Source: Candidatus Paracaedibacteraceae bacterium
Lineage (GTDB): Bacteria > Pseudomonadota > Alphaproteobacteria > UBA6184
Reading direction: 5' to 3'
DNA: 64,000 nt
Assembly (NCBI GenBank): GCA_024236035.1
Contig: JACKLG010000001.1
Coordinates: 5,839-69,838, forward strand
Positions within the stretch are counted from its first letter, which is position 1. Each line of letters opens with the position of its first letter. This document shows, piece by piece, positions 31,976-41,638 of the stretch. A program made the position numbers and the translations under genes. The notes below the pieces were generated by a model. That model did not search any database. It was not told where the DNA came from and saw only the letters and a program-made list of their open reading frames with translations.

Positions 31976-33343
31976 TTAAAATGATAAAGTTATACCTGCA
32001 CTAAATACATGGTCTAAATCGTCATAAGGGATAGTACGTTCGCCGTCCAACGTATTGCCGTTAAATAACGCATATGAACCATCTATATTCAAATACTTAT
32101 GTATAGGATAACTAATGCCTATGCTGCCCTGCATGCCTTCAAATGACCCTTCACAAAATGAGGCACACACAGAAGTTTTTAATTTAATATCAAAAAAGTT
32201 ATGGAATGTCTTATGGGCGGACAACACAAATTCATGCGCACTTAAACCTTTATAAACTGTTTCATATGTGGCAAAGAATAACAATGATGGTGACCATTCA
32301 TATGCTATTTTAAATCTTAACGATAATCCTTTAGATGTATAAAAGAATGAAGTATTTGGTAGGTAGACCCCTTTAATACAAAACGGCTTAGTAAAAATTT
32401 CACCATTGCCTAAAAATTGATACATCCCATATATGCTTTGATAGGTAGAACTACTTAGGGCTAAGCTTAAAAAGCACCCTAAATGCGCCATATCGACATC
32501 ATAATCAGGAATAATTTTGTGGCGTCTATAATGTCGCTGAATCGTACCTTGGTCATTTGCAACTTTTATTAAGGAAAGGTTATCTCCTGTATATATATCC
32601 CCTAAAGTTAGGGTTTCTGGCACCTCTATTGTTGGATATAAATAAGGGTAAATTTTATTAATATATATAGGTATAAAATCAAATACATATACACCATGGT
32701 CGAAAATGGCTTGATCTTCAATTATTCCGGCTAAAATAGCTTGGTTATTTAATCCCCCGCCAAATGTAACAACAGAATCAATTTCAGGTCTGTTAATTAA
32801 TGCTTGGGCTCTTCTTAAAACCTCCTCTTTATCCGTGTGTTGTTCAGCATATTTAATAAACTCTCTAACATTTTTAGGCAAAACCATCGCCGAACGAGAG
32901 GTGTTAGTATAAGCGCAAACTAACATGTGATAAAAGGTATCACCTATGTAACCACGGAGATGAAAGCCATTATAATAATATGGATCACTGTCTGGGTTAA
33001 ATGCTAAAAAGCTGCGAGCATGCCCAAATTCATGAAAAGCCAAACTAAGCTGAGGCGTAAGAAAAAACCTATTCAAAAGACCATATGCGCATACCAACGC
33101 CTTGCCCAATGGTTCTAAATTACGGTCACGTAAACTTTGGTACGTTTGTTCTAATGGCCAGGCAGATAACCTCTGTAACTGAGCACAAAATTGGCCTACC
33201 CCCTGGGTGGAATTTGCAGATGGCAGCAATAAATTGCTTACCGAAAGTTTATATTTATGTTCTAAGTTTTTAAGGGGGGCTTTTTCACCATATGTACTTG
33301 AGAGAAAAATAAGAAACAATCCTGCGGTTATTAACTTAAGCAT
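31976..33343 (-). CDS. Secreted or outer-membrane protein with HExxH motif
   Basis: Signal peptide, AFHEFGH, amphipathic C-terminal strands ending SAGITLSF. Confidence 0.65.
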   Translation of the reverse strand: MLKLITAGLFLIFLSSTYGEKAPLKNLEHKYKLSVSNLLLPSANSTQGVGQFCAQLQRLSAWPLEQTYQSLRDRNLEPLGKALVCAYGLLNRFFLTPQLSLAFHEFGHARSFLAFNPDSDPYYYNGFHLRGYIGDTFYHMLVCAYTNTSRSAMVLPKNVREFIKYAEQHTDKEEVLRRAQALINRPEIDSVVTFGGGLNNQAILAGIIEDQAIFDHGVYVFDFIPIYINKIYPYLYPTIEVPETLTLGDIYTGDNLSLIKVANDQGTIQRHYRRHKIIPDYDVDMAHLGCFLSLALSSSTYQSIYGMYQFLGNGEIFTKPFCIKGVYLPNTSFFYTSKGLSLRFKIAYEWSPSLLFFATYETVYKGLSAHEFVLSAHKTFHNFFDIKLKTSVCASFCEGSFEGMQGSIGISYPIHKYLNIDGSYALFNGNTLDGERTIPYDDLDHVFSAGITLSF

Positions 33344-33406
33344 ACATAACTTTCAAAAGTTTTAAGATTAAATTTATATATGAAAACTAGATCACGAATT
33401 TTTGAT

Positions 33407-34207
33407 TTAGCGATTAGATCTTCCTGACAACTCTTCTCTTATATCGCAGGGAAGAACCTCATCACTACCCAACAGCATTTTTAACCAAACTGCCCCGAAT
33501 ATTGCAAAGGCTCCGATATATTCCCCCGCATCAGTAGTAAGGCTTTTTTCTTTATCCTCATTACGCGAACTTGAATACACACCAACAATTACGTCATTTT
33601 TTAAAAGCGGAGAACCACTATCACCGTTAGTAAGAAAAATTGGGTTTGAATCTGCTCCATGCATAGAATAAACCCCTGACTCATTACCCTCTACTACTAA
33701 TGAAGTTACTACTTTTTTACCCTCTCGCAACGTATGGTTTATTAAGCTACTTCCTGCCGAAATCTCAACAAAAGGCCTATACCAGGGTATTTTGCAATCC
33801 CCTGTCACGGCCTCTTTCAAAACAACAAATGCTACATCTCCCGCTACCGGACAAAGACCTGCCTCAGGTGATGCATACGCATGATAATAAACCTTCTGCG
33901 CCCAAAATTCCTGATCCCCAAATTCAAAACGTACAGCATCAGCATTCTCAACGCAATGCCTCGCCGTTAAAACCACACGCCCACCTAAATCAGAAGAAAC
34001 ACCTAATAATTTCACTAGCGTGCCGATACCTCGATACTTGCGCTCAGAACCATCAGCTTGCTTAACACTTACTCTAAGCACACCCACAGAAGTAACCGTA
34101 TCAGATGTTTCTGGCATTAAGATTTCTGCCGCAAATATACTAGGAACAGTACTGCCTACAACCATTAATAAAACTTGAATAAATTGTATTACTTTGCAAC
34201 GCCTCAT
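33407..34207 (-). CDS. Secreted trypsin-like (S1) serine protease
   Basis: Signal peptide. Triad motifs LTARHC, GDVAFV, GDSGSPL. No PDZ domain. Confidence 0.85.
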   Translation of the reverse strand: MRRCKVIQFIQVLLMVVGSTVPSIFAAEILMPETSDTVTSVGVLRVSVKQADGSERKYRGIGTLVKLLGVSSDLGGRVVLTARHCVENADAVRFEFGDQEFWAQKVYYHAYASPEAGLCPVAGDVAFVVLKEAVTGDCKIPWYRPFVEISAGSSLINHTLREGKKVVTSLVVEGNESGVYSMHGADSNPIFLTNGDSGSPLLKNDVIVGVYSSSRNEDKEKSLTTDAGEYIGAFAIFGAVWLKMLLGSDEVLPCDIREELSGRSNR

Positions 34208-34209
34208 AT

Positions 34210-35379
34210 TTACCCCTTAAAGTTGTCCCAAAACCCTTTAACCTTATCAAAGAAACTTTGCGTTTTAGGATGATGCGTATCATTTTTAGATGACAAATTC
34301 GCCGCTTTTAATTCTTCCATCAACTTCTTTTGTTCACTGTTTAAATTTACAGGAATTTCAACCATCGCGTGCACAATCATGTCACCACGACGGGTAGACC
34401 GCATAATATTCACACCTTTACTTTTCAGCCTAAATTTTTCTCCAGGTTGGGTGCCAGCAGGTATGGTTACTTTTGCTTTTGTCCCGTCAATTGTTGGGAT
34501 TTCAATTTCTCCACCTAATACTGCAGTTGTCATCGGTACGGGTACCTGACAGTGAATATCATCACCTTGACGTACAAATAAATCATGGGGTTTAACTGAT
34601 ATAAAGACATATAAATCCCCTGATTGGCCGCCACGCATTCCGGCTTCACCTTCACCCGCAACACGCAAACGGGTGCCATCTTCAACACCAGCAGGAATAG
34701 AAATTGAAATTGTTTTGGATTTCTGAACACGGCCTGAACCACCGCATGGCTTACACGGGTCTTTTATCGTCTGACCTGCTCCACCACATTTAGTACACGT
34801 ACGTTCCAATGTAAAAAAGCCTTGCTGAAATCGCATCGTACCCGAACCATGACACGTATCACAGGTAGATGCTTTTGTTCCTTTTTCCGCTCCAGAACCT
34901 TGACATTCCCCACATTTCTCACTCTTGCGTAATGATACATTTTCAGAAAATCCCTGATGCGCTTGCTCTAACGTAAGGCTAATATCATATCGCAAGTCAG
35001 CACCAGTTTGGCCTGCTGAATATGCGCCTCTGGATGCACCACCAAAACCGCCGCCGCCAAAACCTCTGCCAAAAACTTCTTCAAAGATATCCGAAAAGTC
35101 ACTGAACCCACCAAAACCGCCAGCGCCACCTCTGCCATTGCCCATGCCACCGTCAAACGCTTGGTGGCCGTATTGGTCATATGCTGCACGCTTTTGTTCA
35201 TCCCGCAATACTTCATACGCTTCACTAATTTCTTTAAATTTTTGTTCAGCGTCTTTATCCCCTTGATTTCGATCAGGGTGATATTTCATTGCTAATTTAC
35301 GGTAAGCTTTCTTTAATTCATCTGCGGTTGCAGTTTTAGAAACACCCAGTAACTCATAATAATCTTTTTTTGCCGACAT
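34210..35379 (-). CDS. dnaJ: Chaperone DnaJ
   Basis: J-domain HPD, G/F region, four CxxCxGxG repeats. Confidence 0.99.
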   Translation of the reverse strand: MSAKKDYYELLGVSKTATADELKKAYRKLAMKYHPDRNQGDKDAEQKFKEISEAYEVLRDEQKRAAYDQYGHQAFDGGMGNGRGGAGGFGGFSDFSDIFEEVFGRGFGGGGFGGASRGAYSAGQTGADLRYDISLTLEQAHQGFSENVSLRKSEKCGECQGSGAEKGTKASTCDTCHGSGTMRFQQGFFTLERTCTKCGGAGQTIKDPCKPCGGSGRVQKSKTISISIPAGVEDGTRLRVAGEGEAGMRGGQSGDLYVFISVKPHDLFVRQGDDIHCQVPVPMTTAVLGGEIEIPTIDGTKAKVTIPAGTQPGEKFRLKSKGVNIMRSTRRGDMIVHAMVEIPVNLNSEQKKLMEELKAANLSSKNDTHHPKTQSFFDKVKGFWDNFKG

Positions 35380-35400
35380 GTAATACAGATTCCTTAATTC

Positions 35401-35426
35401 ATTAAGGGAGCCAAAGCTCCCTTAAT
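35401..35426 (-). other. Intercistronic hairpin between dnaK and dnaJ
   Basis: Perfect 11-bp stem ATTAAGGGAGC / GCTCCCTTAAT. Confidence 0.6.
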
Positions 35427-35441
35427 AAGACCTATCAGTGA

Positions 35442-37355
35442 TTAGTTTTTATCCTGATCTTCGTTTACTTCTTTAAACTCAGCATCCGTCACGTTTTCAT
35501 CTGGTTTAGCTTCGCCACCTTCCGGTGCAGAAGCTTGTGCTTCTTGGGCTGCTTTATATATTGCCTCACCCAATTTCATAGATGACTGCGTTAATGCGTC
35601 CACCTTAGATTTAATTGTATCTACATCATCAGATTTTAGAACTTCTTTTAAAGCGGCCAAATCTTTTTCTACCGCTTCTTTATCTGCTGCAGAAATTTTA
35701 TCGCCATGTTCATTTAATGTCTTTTCAGTCGTATACGCTAATGTATCTGCTTGGTTTTGGGCTTCAATTAACTCGCGACGCTTCTTATCTGCTTCAGCAT
35801 TCGCTTCTGCATCTTTTACCATTTTTTCAATGTCTTCGTCACTTAAACCACCCGATGGTTGAATACGAATTTGCTGTTCTTTATTCGTCGCCTTATCTTT
35901 TGCAGACACGTGCACAATACCATTCGCGTCAATATCAAATGTCACTTCAATTTGCGGCATACCTCTTGGTGCAGAAGGAATCCCCACCAAATCAAATTGA
36001 CCCAACAGTTTGTTATCTGCAGCCATTTCGCGCTCACCTTGGAAAACACGGATTGTTACTGCAGTTTGGTTATCTTCAGCCGTTGAAAACACCTGACTTT
36101 TCTTTGTGGGAATTGTCGTATTTCGATCAATTAACCGTGTAAACACGCCCCCTAATGTTTCAATACCTAATGACAATGGTGTTACGTCTAATAATACTAC
36201 GTCTTTTACATCACCAGTTAATACGCCACCTTGAATCGCTGCACCAATTGCAACAACTTCGTCTGGGTTTACGCCACGGTGAGGTTCTTTATTAAAGAAA
36301 CGTTTTACTTCTTCAATAACCTTAGGCATACGGGTCATTCCACCTACCAAGATCACTTCATCAATATCAGCAGCCTTTAAACCAGCATCTTTCAATGCTT
36401 TCTCACATGGTTTCATTGTACGTTGAACCAAGTCATCCACCAATGATTCATATTTTGCACGTGAAATTTTAATATTCATGTGCTTTGGACCTGTTGCATC
36501 CGCCGTAATAAAGGGTAAGTTCACTTCTGTTTGCATGCTGCTGGATAATTCAATTTTTGCCTTTTCTGCAGCTTCTTTTAAACGTTGTAATGCCATACGG
36601 TCATTCGAAATATCTACGCCTGTTTCTTTTTTAAACTCTTCAATTAAATATTGTACAATTCTGCTATCAAAGTCTTCACCACCTAAGAATGTGTCTCCAT
36701 TTGTGGATTTTACTTCAAATACACCATCGCCAACCTCTAAAATGGACACGTCAAACGTACCACCACCCAAGTCATATACAGCAATTGTACCTGATTCTTT
36801 TTTATCCAAACCGTATGCCAAAGCTGCGGCTGTTGGCTCGTTTACAATACGCAAAACTTCTAAACCAGCAACTTTACCTGCATCACGTGTGGCTTGACGT
36901 TGCGCATCGTTAAAATACGCCGGTACAGTAATAACTGCTTGGGTAACAGTTTCACCCAAATATTTTTCAGCAGTTTCTTTCATTTTTATCAATGTAAAAG
37001 CACTGATTTCACTGGGGCTGTAATTTTTGTCGCGCCCTTTTACCCACGCATCCCCGTTGTCTCCTTTTACAATTTTGTACGGAACAAGTTCAATGTCTTT
37101 ACGTACCGCCTCATCTTCAAAACGACGCCCAATCAACCGTTTAATTGCAAAAAACGTGTTTTCATGGTTAGTCACAGCTTGACGCTTTGCACCATCACCG
37201 ACTAAACGTTCACCACTTTCAGTAAAGGCCACAATCGATGGCGTAGTGCGGCGTCCCTCAGTATTTTCAATCACTTTTGTTTGTCCACCATCCATAATCG
37301 CCACACACGAATTTGTGGTTCCTAAGTCAATTCCAATTACTTTTTTTGATGCCAT
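35442..37355 (-). CDS. dnaK: Chaperone DnaK
   Basis: [31 protein letters not shown]. Confidence 0.99.
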   Translation of the reverse strand: MASKKVIGIDLGTTNSCVAIMDGGQTKVIENTEGRRTTPSIVAFTESGERLVGDGAKRQAVTNHENTFFAIKRLIGRRFEDEAVRKDIELVPYKIVKGDNGDAWVKGRDKNYSPSEISAFTLIKMKETAEKYLGETVTQAVITVPAYFNDAQRQATRDAGKVAGLEVLRIVNEPTAAALAYGLDKKESGTIAVYDLGGGTFDVSILEVGDGVFEVKSTNGDTFLGGEDFDSRIVQYLIEEFKKETGVDISNDRMALQRLKEAAEKAKIELSSSMQTEVNLPFITADATGPKHMNIKISRAKYESLVDDLVQRTMKPCEKALKDAGLKAADIDEVILVGGMTRMPKVIEEVKRFFNKEPHRGVNPDEVVAIGAAIQGGVLTGDVKDVVLLDVTPLSLGIETLGGVFTRLIDRNTTIPTKKSQVFSTAEDNQTAVTIRVFQGEREMAADNKLLGQFDLVGIPSAPRGMPQIEVTFDIDANGIVHVSAKDKATNKEQQIRIQPSGGLSDEDIEKMVKDAEANAEADKKRRELIEAQNQADTLAYTTEKTLNEHGDKISAADKEAVEKDLAALKEVLKSDDVDTIKSKVDALTQSSMKLGEAIYKAAQEAQASAPEGGEAKPDENVTDAEFKEVNEDQDKN

Positions 37356-37430
37356 GATTGTCTCCTATAACTTCACTATTTATAACATAAGCACAATATA
37401 CATTTACAAAATTAAAAATTCAAATACTTT

Positions 37431-37457
37431 TTAGCACTCAATGTATTAAAGTGCTAA
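37431..37457. promoter_or_regulatory. CIRCE element (HrcA operator) upstream of dnaK
   Basis: TTAGCACTC-N9-AAGTGCTAA, one mismatch to the consensus TTAGCACTC-N9-GAGTGCTAA. Confidence 0.88.
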
Positions 37458-37495
37458 TTTATGAAAAAAAAAGTTAATTTTTGTTGGGGTTTATA

Positions 37496-37962
37496 AACTA
37501 ATCGGCCACAAGCCACCGAGTTTCAGAAAAAGGTTGATTTGTTTAGAAGCACTTTCTAACTGATCCATCACTTAAGTTGATTTTGAACATAGGCTCTTAT
37601 CGTCTCTGTGTTCGCATTTCCCATCGTTTCTACAAAATAACTTTGCGTCCACATGTCAGGATAGTATTTAAAAAATCTCAAGCATTAATACGTTTAAGGC
37701 TATACTTTAGCCCCCGTTTGAAACACCATATGTATATGACCTTTTGGTATTTCTATATTGTAATCATAGCCTATGCTCCCGATAAGGTTCTTCAAATACT
37801 TTTTTCTGATATGTCGGTATCCACGCAAAGTGATACATAATCCCAAATACATGATGACTATGTCCTTGTGTCTCCATGTTGAAAATCCCATAACGTACTT
37901 CTGTATATTATATGCTTTCCATCTCCGCCCCACGCCACTGAGTCTTGCGCTGTGAGCTATAA
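37496..37962 (-). mobile_element. tnpA: Degenerate IS200/IS605-family element (tnpA pseudogene), copy 1
   Basis: Broken minus-strand frames give MYHFAWIP, GHIHMV (HUH motif) and WTQSYFVETMG...IRAYVQNQ (catalytic Tyr region). Imperfect hairpins at both ends. Confidence 0.88.
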
Positions 37963-38298
37963 CACTTATTAAGCTTTATATAACAGCTCCACCTCTTATA
38001 ATTCAATGCACAAACTTAAGTTCTAAAAACTGATTGCAGCAGAAAGAATGGATTTAATACCCCAAAGAGCTTTTTAAACCACATTGGCCTAATTTAAAAC
38101 ACTATATATGTATAAGCAACAGCAAACCCATCACGTAATGTTTGGGTTATTTATTTTAATGCATTATTACTCAACTTATCTATCTCCAGGGCAAGCCTAC
38201 GGAGTATTAAGGTAAACTACCTTCGAATCCACTCTGCTTCTTTATGAAAATCACAGCAAGCTACGGGAAATATAGCTTAAAAAGGATTAAATCAAAAC

Positions 38299-39045
38299 CT
38301 AAGCACGCACGTATTTGTCAGGATCACTGTCCTTTTTTCGCCTTTTGGGTGCACTTTTTGTGGTCGACTTCATTTTTGCACTCGATTTTAAAGGTTTTAA
38401 TAACCTTTCTATTTCTAGCAAATCATCTTTTTCTGATCGCAATTTTCGTTTATCAATATGCGTGGTTACTTCAGGTTCTATTTTATTGTCTAAATTAATC
38501 TTCTTATTACCCTTTGTATTCACAGTAATTTCAGGATGCTTACGTTCCATCGCCGGTGTTGTGTCTAAATGTGTTTTTACTACAGCATATAAACTGTCCC
38601 ATTTAGACCTTATCCAACCATCAAACGATAATCTTCCAGGGCCTATTACAAATGATACACCTAATAATAATGCCCAAAATATATGGGTAAAATGATGATG
38701 CACCCCAAATGTAATAACCGCAGTTACTCCCATCAAACCTAATGCACCTATTCGGGTCATAACCCCTAATGCCAATAAAATTGGAAAAATGATTTCCGCG
38801 CCTGTCCCTAAAACAGCCGCTAACTTAGGCGATAAAAATGGCACAGGATGAACATGTTTAAATAAAAACACGGTCTTAAACCACCCGCTAGTCCATAATT
38901 TTTCCAACTTATTCCACCCAGATTGAAAAAAGATACTGGCAGCATATACACGCACCAATAATAGCAATAAATCTTGGGTGTACTTTATGAAAAAACCAAC
39001 AAATGCATCATAAATCTGCACACTTCGTTGCAAAAGAGTAATCAT
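38299..39045 (-). CDS. DoxX-family membrane protein (BufD-like) with Lys-rich C-terminal tail
   Basis: LVRVY...FFQSGWNKL, AEIIFPILLALG, GPGRLSFD. Last gene of the DUF692 operon. Confidence 0.88.
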   Translation of the reverse strand: MITLLQRSVQIYDAFVGFFIKYTQDLLLLLVRVYAASIFFQSGWNKLEKLWTSGWFKTVFLFKHVHPVPFLSPKLAAVLGTGAEIIFPILLALGVMTRIGALGLMGVTAVITFGVHHHFTHIFWALLLGVSFVIGPGRLSFDGWIRSKWDSLYAVVKTHLDTTPAMERKHPEITVNTKGNKKINLDNKIEPEVTTHIDKRKLRSEKDDLLEIERLLKPLKSSAKMKSTTKSAPKRRKKDSDPDKYVRA

Positions 39046-39757
39046 CGATCTCCTTAACCTTCAAGAAAGTTGTGGTAAATATCTTTTGTAATATATTACC
39101 AAACATTTCTTGCGAAAAGGTTAAGATGTCAAATAATTGGCCTATTGTCATTGATGACTGCAGCATATTTAATACAGTGTATTCTGCCCGCGAAATGGGG
39201 AAGATGACCGGCACCCCTTCTTGCCTATAAATACAATAATATGATGGATTTGGATTAAGCTTAGGATTAATTCCTTCCAGCCTTAACGCTTTATATAATT
39301 CCCCCACCGGATAATCACTATAAAATACAGCAACATCACTTCGTCTTTGCCATAATAAATTTTCAGGAAACACTGACTTAATCTGACAAAAATCTGAAGC
39401 ATCCTCTCTTGCCATTATTATCGCCTGCAACACCCATTCTAACCGCGCCAAATCCTTTACTTCAGACTGCTCTATATAATCTGGAAAACGTTCTCCATAC
39501 GTGGAAAATAACTGCCCTGCCAGGGGGCGATTCTGGCAGACATATTTCACGGCCACATTATAAAAATCACCCCCCAAACAAACCGCCGTCATTGCATATG
39601 TTTTTTTTAACGCCTCGCAATATCCCTGCATAAAGTTACGGCGGTATACTTCTAACCTACGATCAATATTATTATAAGAATTAAATACACCATCCAGCAT
39701 ATCTTGCGTTAATAAGGCATGGATAAACTTTTTCTGAAACTCCAACGTACTACGCAT
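39008..39757 (-). CDS. DUF2063-family MNIO partner protein (BufC/HvfC-like)
   Basis: RLEVYRRN, ALKKTY, YGERFPDY, DLARLEW. Overlaps both neighbouring genes. Confidence 0.85.
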   Translation of the reverse strand: MRSTLEFQKKFIHALLTQDMLDGVFNSYNNIDRRLEVYRRNFMQGYCEALKKTYAMTAVCLGGDFYNVAVKYVCQNRPLAGQLFSTYGERFPDYIEQSEVKDLARLEWVLQAIIMAREDASDFCQIKSVFPENLLWQRRSDVAVFYSDYPVGELYKALRLEGINPKLNPNPSYYCIYRQEGVPVIFPISRAEYTVLNMLQSSMTIGQLFDILTFSQEMFGNILQKIFTTTFLKVKEIDDYSFATKCADL

Positions 39758-40589
39758 ATGCCAACTCTCTATATTTTTCAGCTTTTACAGCCTGGTCTAA
39801 TAATATATGAATATCGGGCAAGTCCTCATCCCACTCAATCAAGGTTAAAGCATTCGGCTGATACCTAGCTGCATTCTTATACAAATCCCAAACGTCATGG
39901 CAAACTGGCCGATTGTGCGTATCAATTAAAAAATCTCCTTCTAATGCCCGAATATGTCCTGCCAAATGAAACTCTTTAACCGATTCCCAATTTAAATTTT
40001 CCATGTATTCCGCCGTATTCCAACCATGGTTTACAGACTGCACATATAAATTGTTTAAATCCAACAAAACGCCACATCCCGTTGCTTTGCTTAATTGATT
40101 TAAAAATTCATATTCGGGGTACATATCATTTTGAAACGTCAAGTATGTCGACGGATTTTCAACATATATTTGCCGATCAAAAAAATCTTGAATGAAATTT
40201 ATATTTTGAGCCATCTGTTTCAGCGATTCATCTGTTAATGGCATAGGATACAAATCATTATACCCAAACCCATCCAAAGTATTCCAAGACAAATGTTCAG
40301 ATATAATAAACGGGCTAATCTCTTGCATTAAATCTTTCAACCGCTGCAAATGATCAATGGCAGGCAATTCAGATGCACCTAACGATAAGCTAACACAATG
40401 AAAACTTATCGGGAATTTTTCAGAGATCTTTTTTAATTTTTCACGGTTAGGATAATGATCCAGATAATTCTCTGGGTGGACTTCTAACCATCCGATGGGT
40501 ATTTTGGGAATATCAGCCAGAAAGTATTCAAAATACTGTGAACGCAATCCAACTCCAACGGATGGTTGAAGAACTTGGAAATTTGTCAT
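39750..40589 (-). CDS. DUF692 multinuclear non-heme iron oxidative enzyme (BufB-like)
   Basis: GVGLR, LEVHPENY, HCVSLSLG, SEHLSW, VENPSTY, LLDLNN, HLAGH, IDTH, IEWD. Confidence 0.95.
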   Translation of the reverse strand: MTNFQVLQPSVGVGLRSQYFEYFLADIPKIPIGWLEVHPENYLDHYPNREKLKKISEKFPISFHCVSLSLGASELPAIDHLQRLKDLMQEISPFIISEHLSWNTLDGFGYNDLYPMPLTDESLKQMAQNINFIQDFFDRQIYVENPSTYLTFQNDMYPEYEFLNQLSKATGCGVLLDLNNLYVQSVNHGWNTAEYMENLNWESVKEFHLAGHIRALEGDFLIDTHNRPVCHDVWDLYKNAARYQPNALTLIEWDEDLPDIHILLDQAVKAEKYRELAYA

Positions 40590-40879
40590 TCAGCAGGTTT
40601 TAAACCTAATTTTTCTCGCGCCTCAGCTTCAGAAAAGCCACCAGACTTCTTACATTCCGATTCAGAAGCTACAACTTTCCAGTCACCAACATGGTGATCA
40701 CGATCAGAACCTCCGGCACAGGTATGACCATCATGATCTAAAGGATCGCAATCATTTTCACGTGGACCAGAAACACCATAACACTTAAAACCGTCCTCGT
40801 CGGCATGTACTACAGAATTATTAAAAGACGCTACAAAACAGGTTAAAGCTAAAGAGGAATAGAGAGTTTTTGTTTTCAT
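40586..40879 (-). CDS. DUF2282/BufA1-like bufferin precursor peptide
   Basis: Signal peptide followed by a four-Cys pattern KCYG...NDC...HTCAG...W...C..GG. Confidence 0.88.
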   Translation of the reverse strand: MKTKTLYSSLALTCFVASFNNSVVHADEDGFKCYGVSGPRENDCDPLDHDGHTCAGGSDRDHHVGDWKVVASESECKKSGGFSEAEAREKLGLKPAE

Positions 40880-41011
40880 TTTTTTATTCTTTTTTTATTT
40901 ATTGTACACACAACCCTATGTTCCAATGCAACTATTTTTTTAAGAAAAATTTTTCAAAGGCCCCACATTCCTTATATTTCCTTTAAATGTTATAAAATCA
41001 CCTTGTAAATG

Positions 41012-41056
41012 CAAAAAAAGCAGATTGACGTCAAAGACATCTTTCTGCTTTTTTTG
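41012..41056. terminator. Intrinsic terminator after infC
   Basis: CAAAAAAAGCAGA / TCTGCTTTTTTTG. Confidence 0.65.
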
Positions 41057-41075
41057 ATGTTAAAACTAAAGCGTA

Positions 41076-41597
41076 TTATTTTTTAAGTGGAGAAAATACT
41101 AAGTTAATTTGCATATTTTCTAACTTGGGTTCTGCATTAGGTTCACCATAAGGGGCTAATTCTTCAATCATTCGTCTTACAAGGTTTAAACCAAACTCGC
41201 TATGAGCTGCTTCTCTACCACGAAAACGCATATTAAGCTTCACCTTGTCGCCCTCTTCTAAAAACTTAACAGCAGCTTTTAGTTTGACCTGGTAATCATT
41301 TTCACCAATACGTGGTTTTAATTTTACCTCTTTAACAGAAACAATTTTTTGCTTTTTCTTTTCTTCACCTTTTTTCTTTTGAAGTTCAAACTTATATTTA
41401 CCAAAGTCCAAAGCCTTACACACAGGTGGATCTGCATTAGGTGAAATTTCCACCAAATCCAATCCAGATTCATAAGCAAGCTTTAATGCTTCTTTAGGAG
41501 AAATCACACCAATCATCTCGCCGTTGGCATCAATAAAACGAACATTCGGAACCTGAATTTTTTCGTTAATCCGAATATTATCAAATGGAGAGCTCAT
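41076..41597 (-). CDS. infC: Translation initiation factor IF-3
   Basis: RINEKI, LDLVEISP, PPVCK, GDKVK, FRGRE. Downstream of thrS. Confidence 0.97.
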   Translation of the reverse strand: MSSPFDNIRINEKIQVPNVRFIDANGEMIGVISPKEALKLAYESGLDLVEISPNADPPVCKALDFGKYKFELQKKKGEEKKKQKIVSVKEVKLKPRIGENDYQVKLKAAVKFLEEGDKVKLNMRFRGREAAHSEFGLNLVRRMIEELAPYGEPNAEPKLENMQINLVFSPLKK

Positions 41598-41638
41598 CTA
41601 TCCCTTTCTATATTTACACGCTCTAATTACAGCTCACC

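Noticed and set aside
37577-37955. Short ORFs 37577..37840, 37700..37933 and 37773..37955
   Set aside because: They are off-frame or antisense pieces of the decayed IS200 tnpA.
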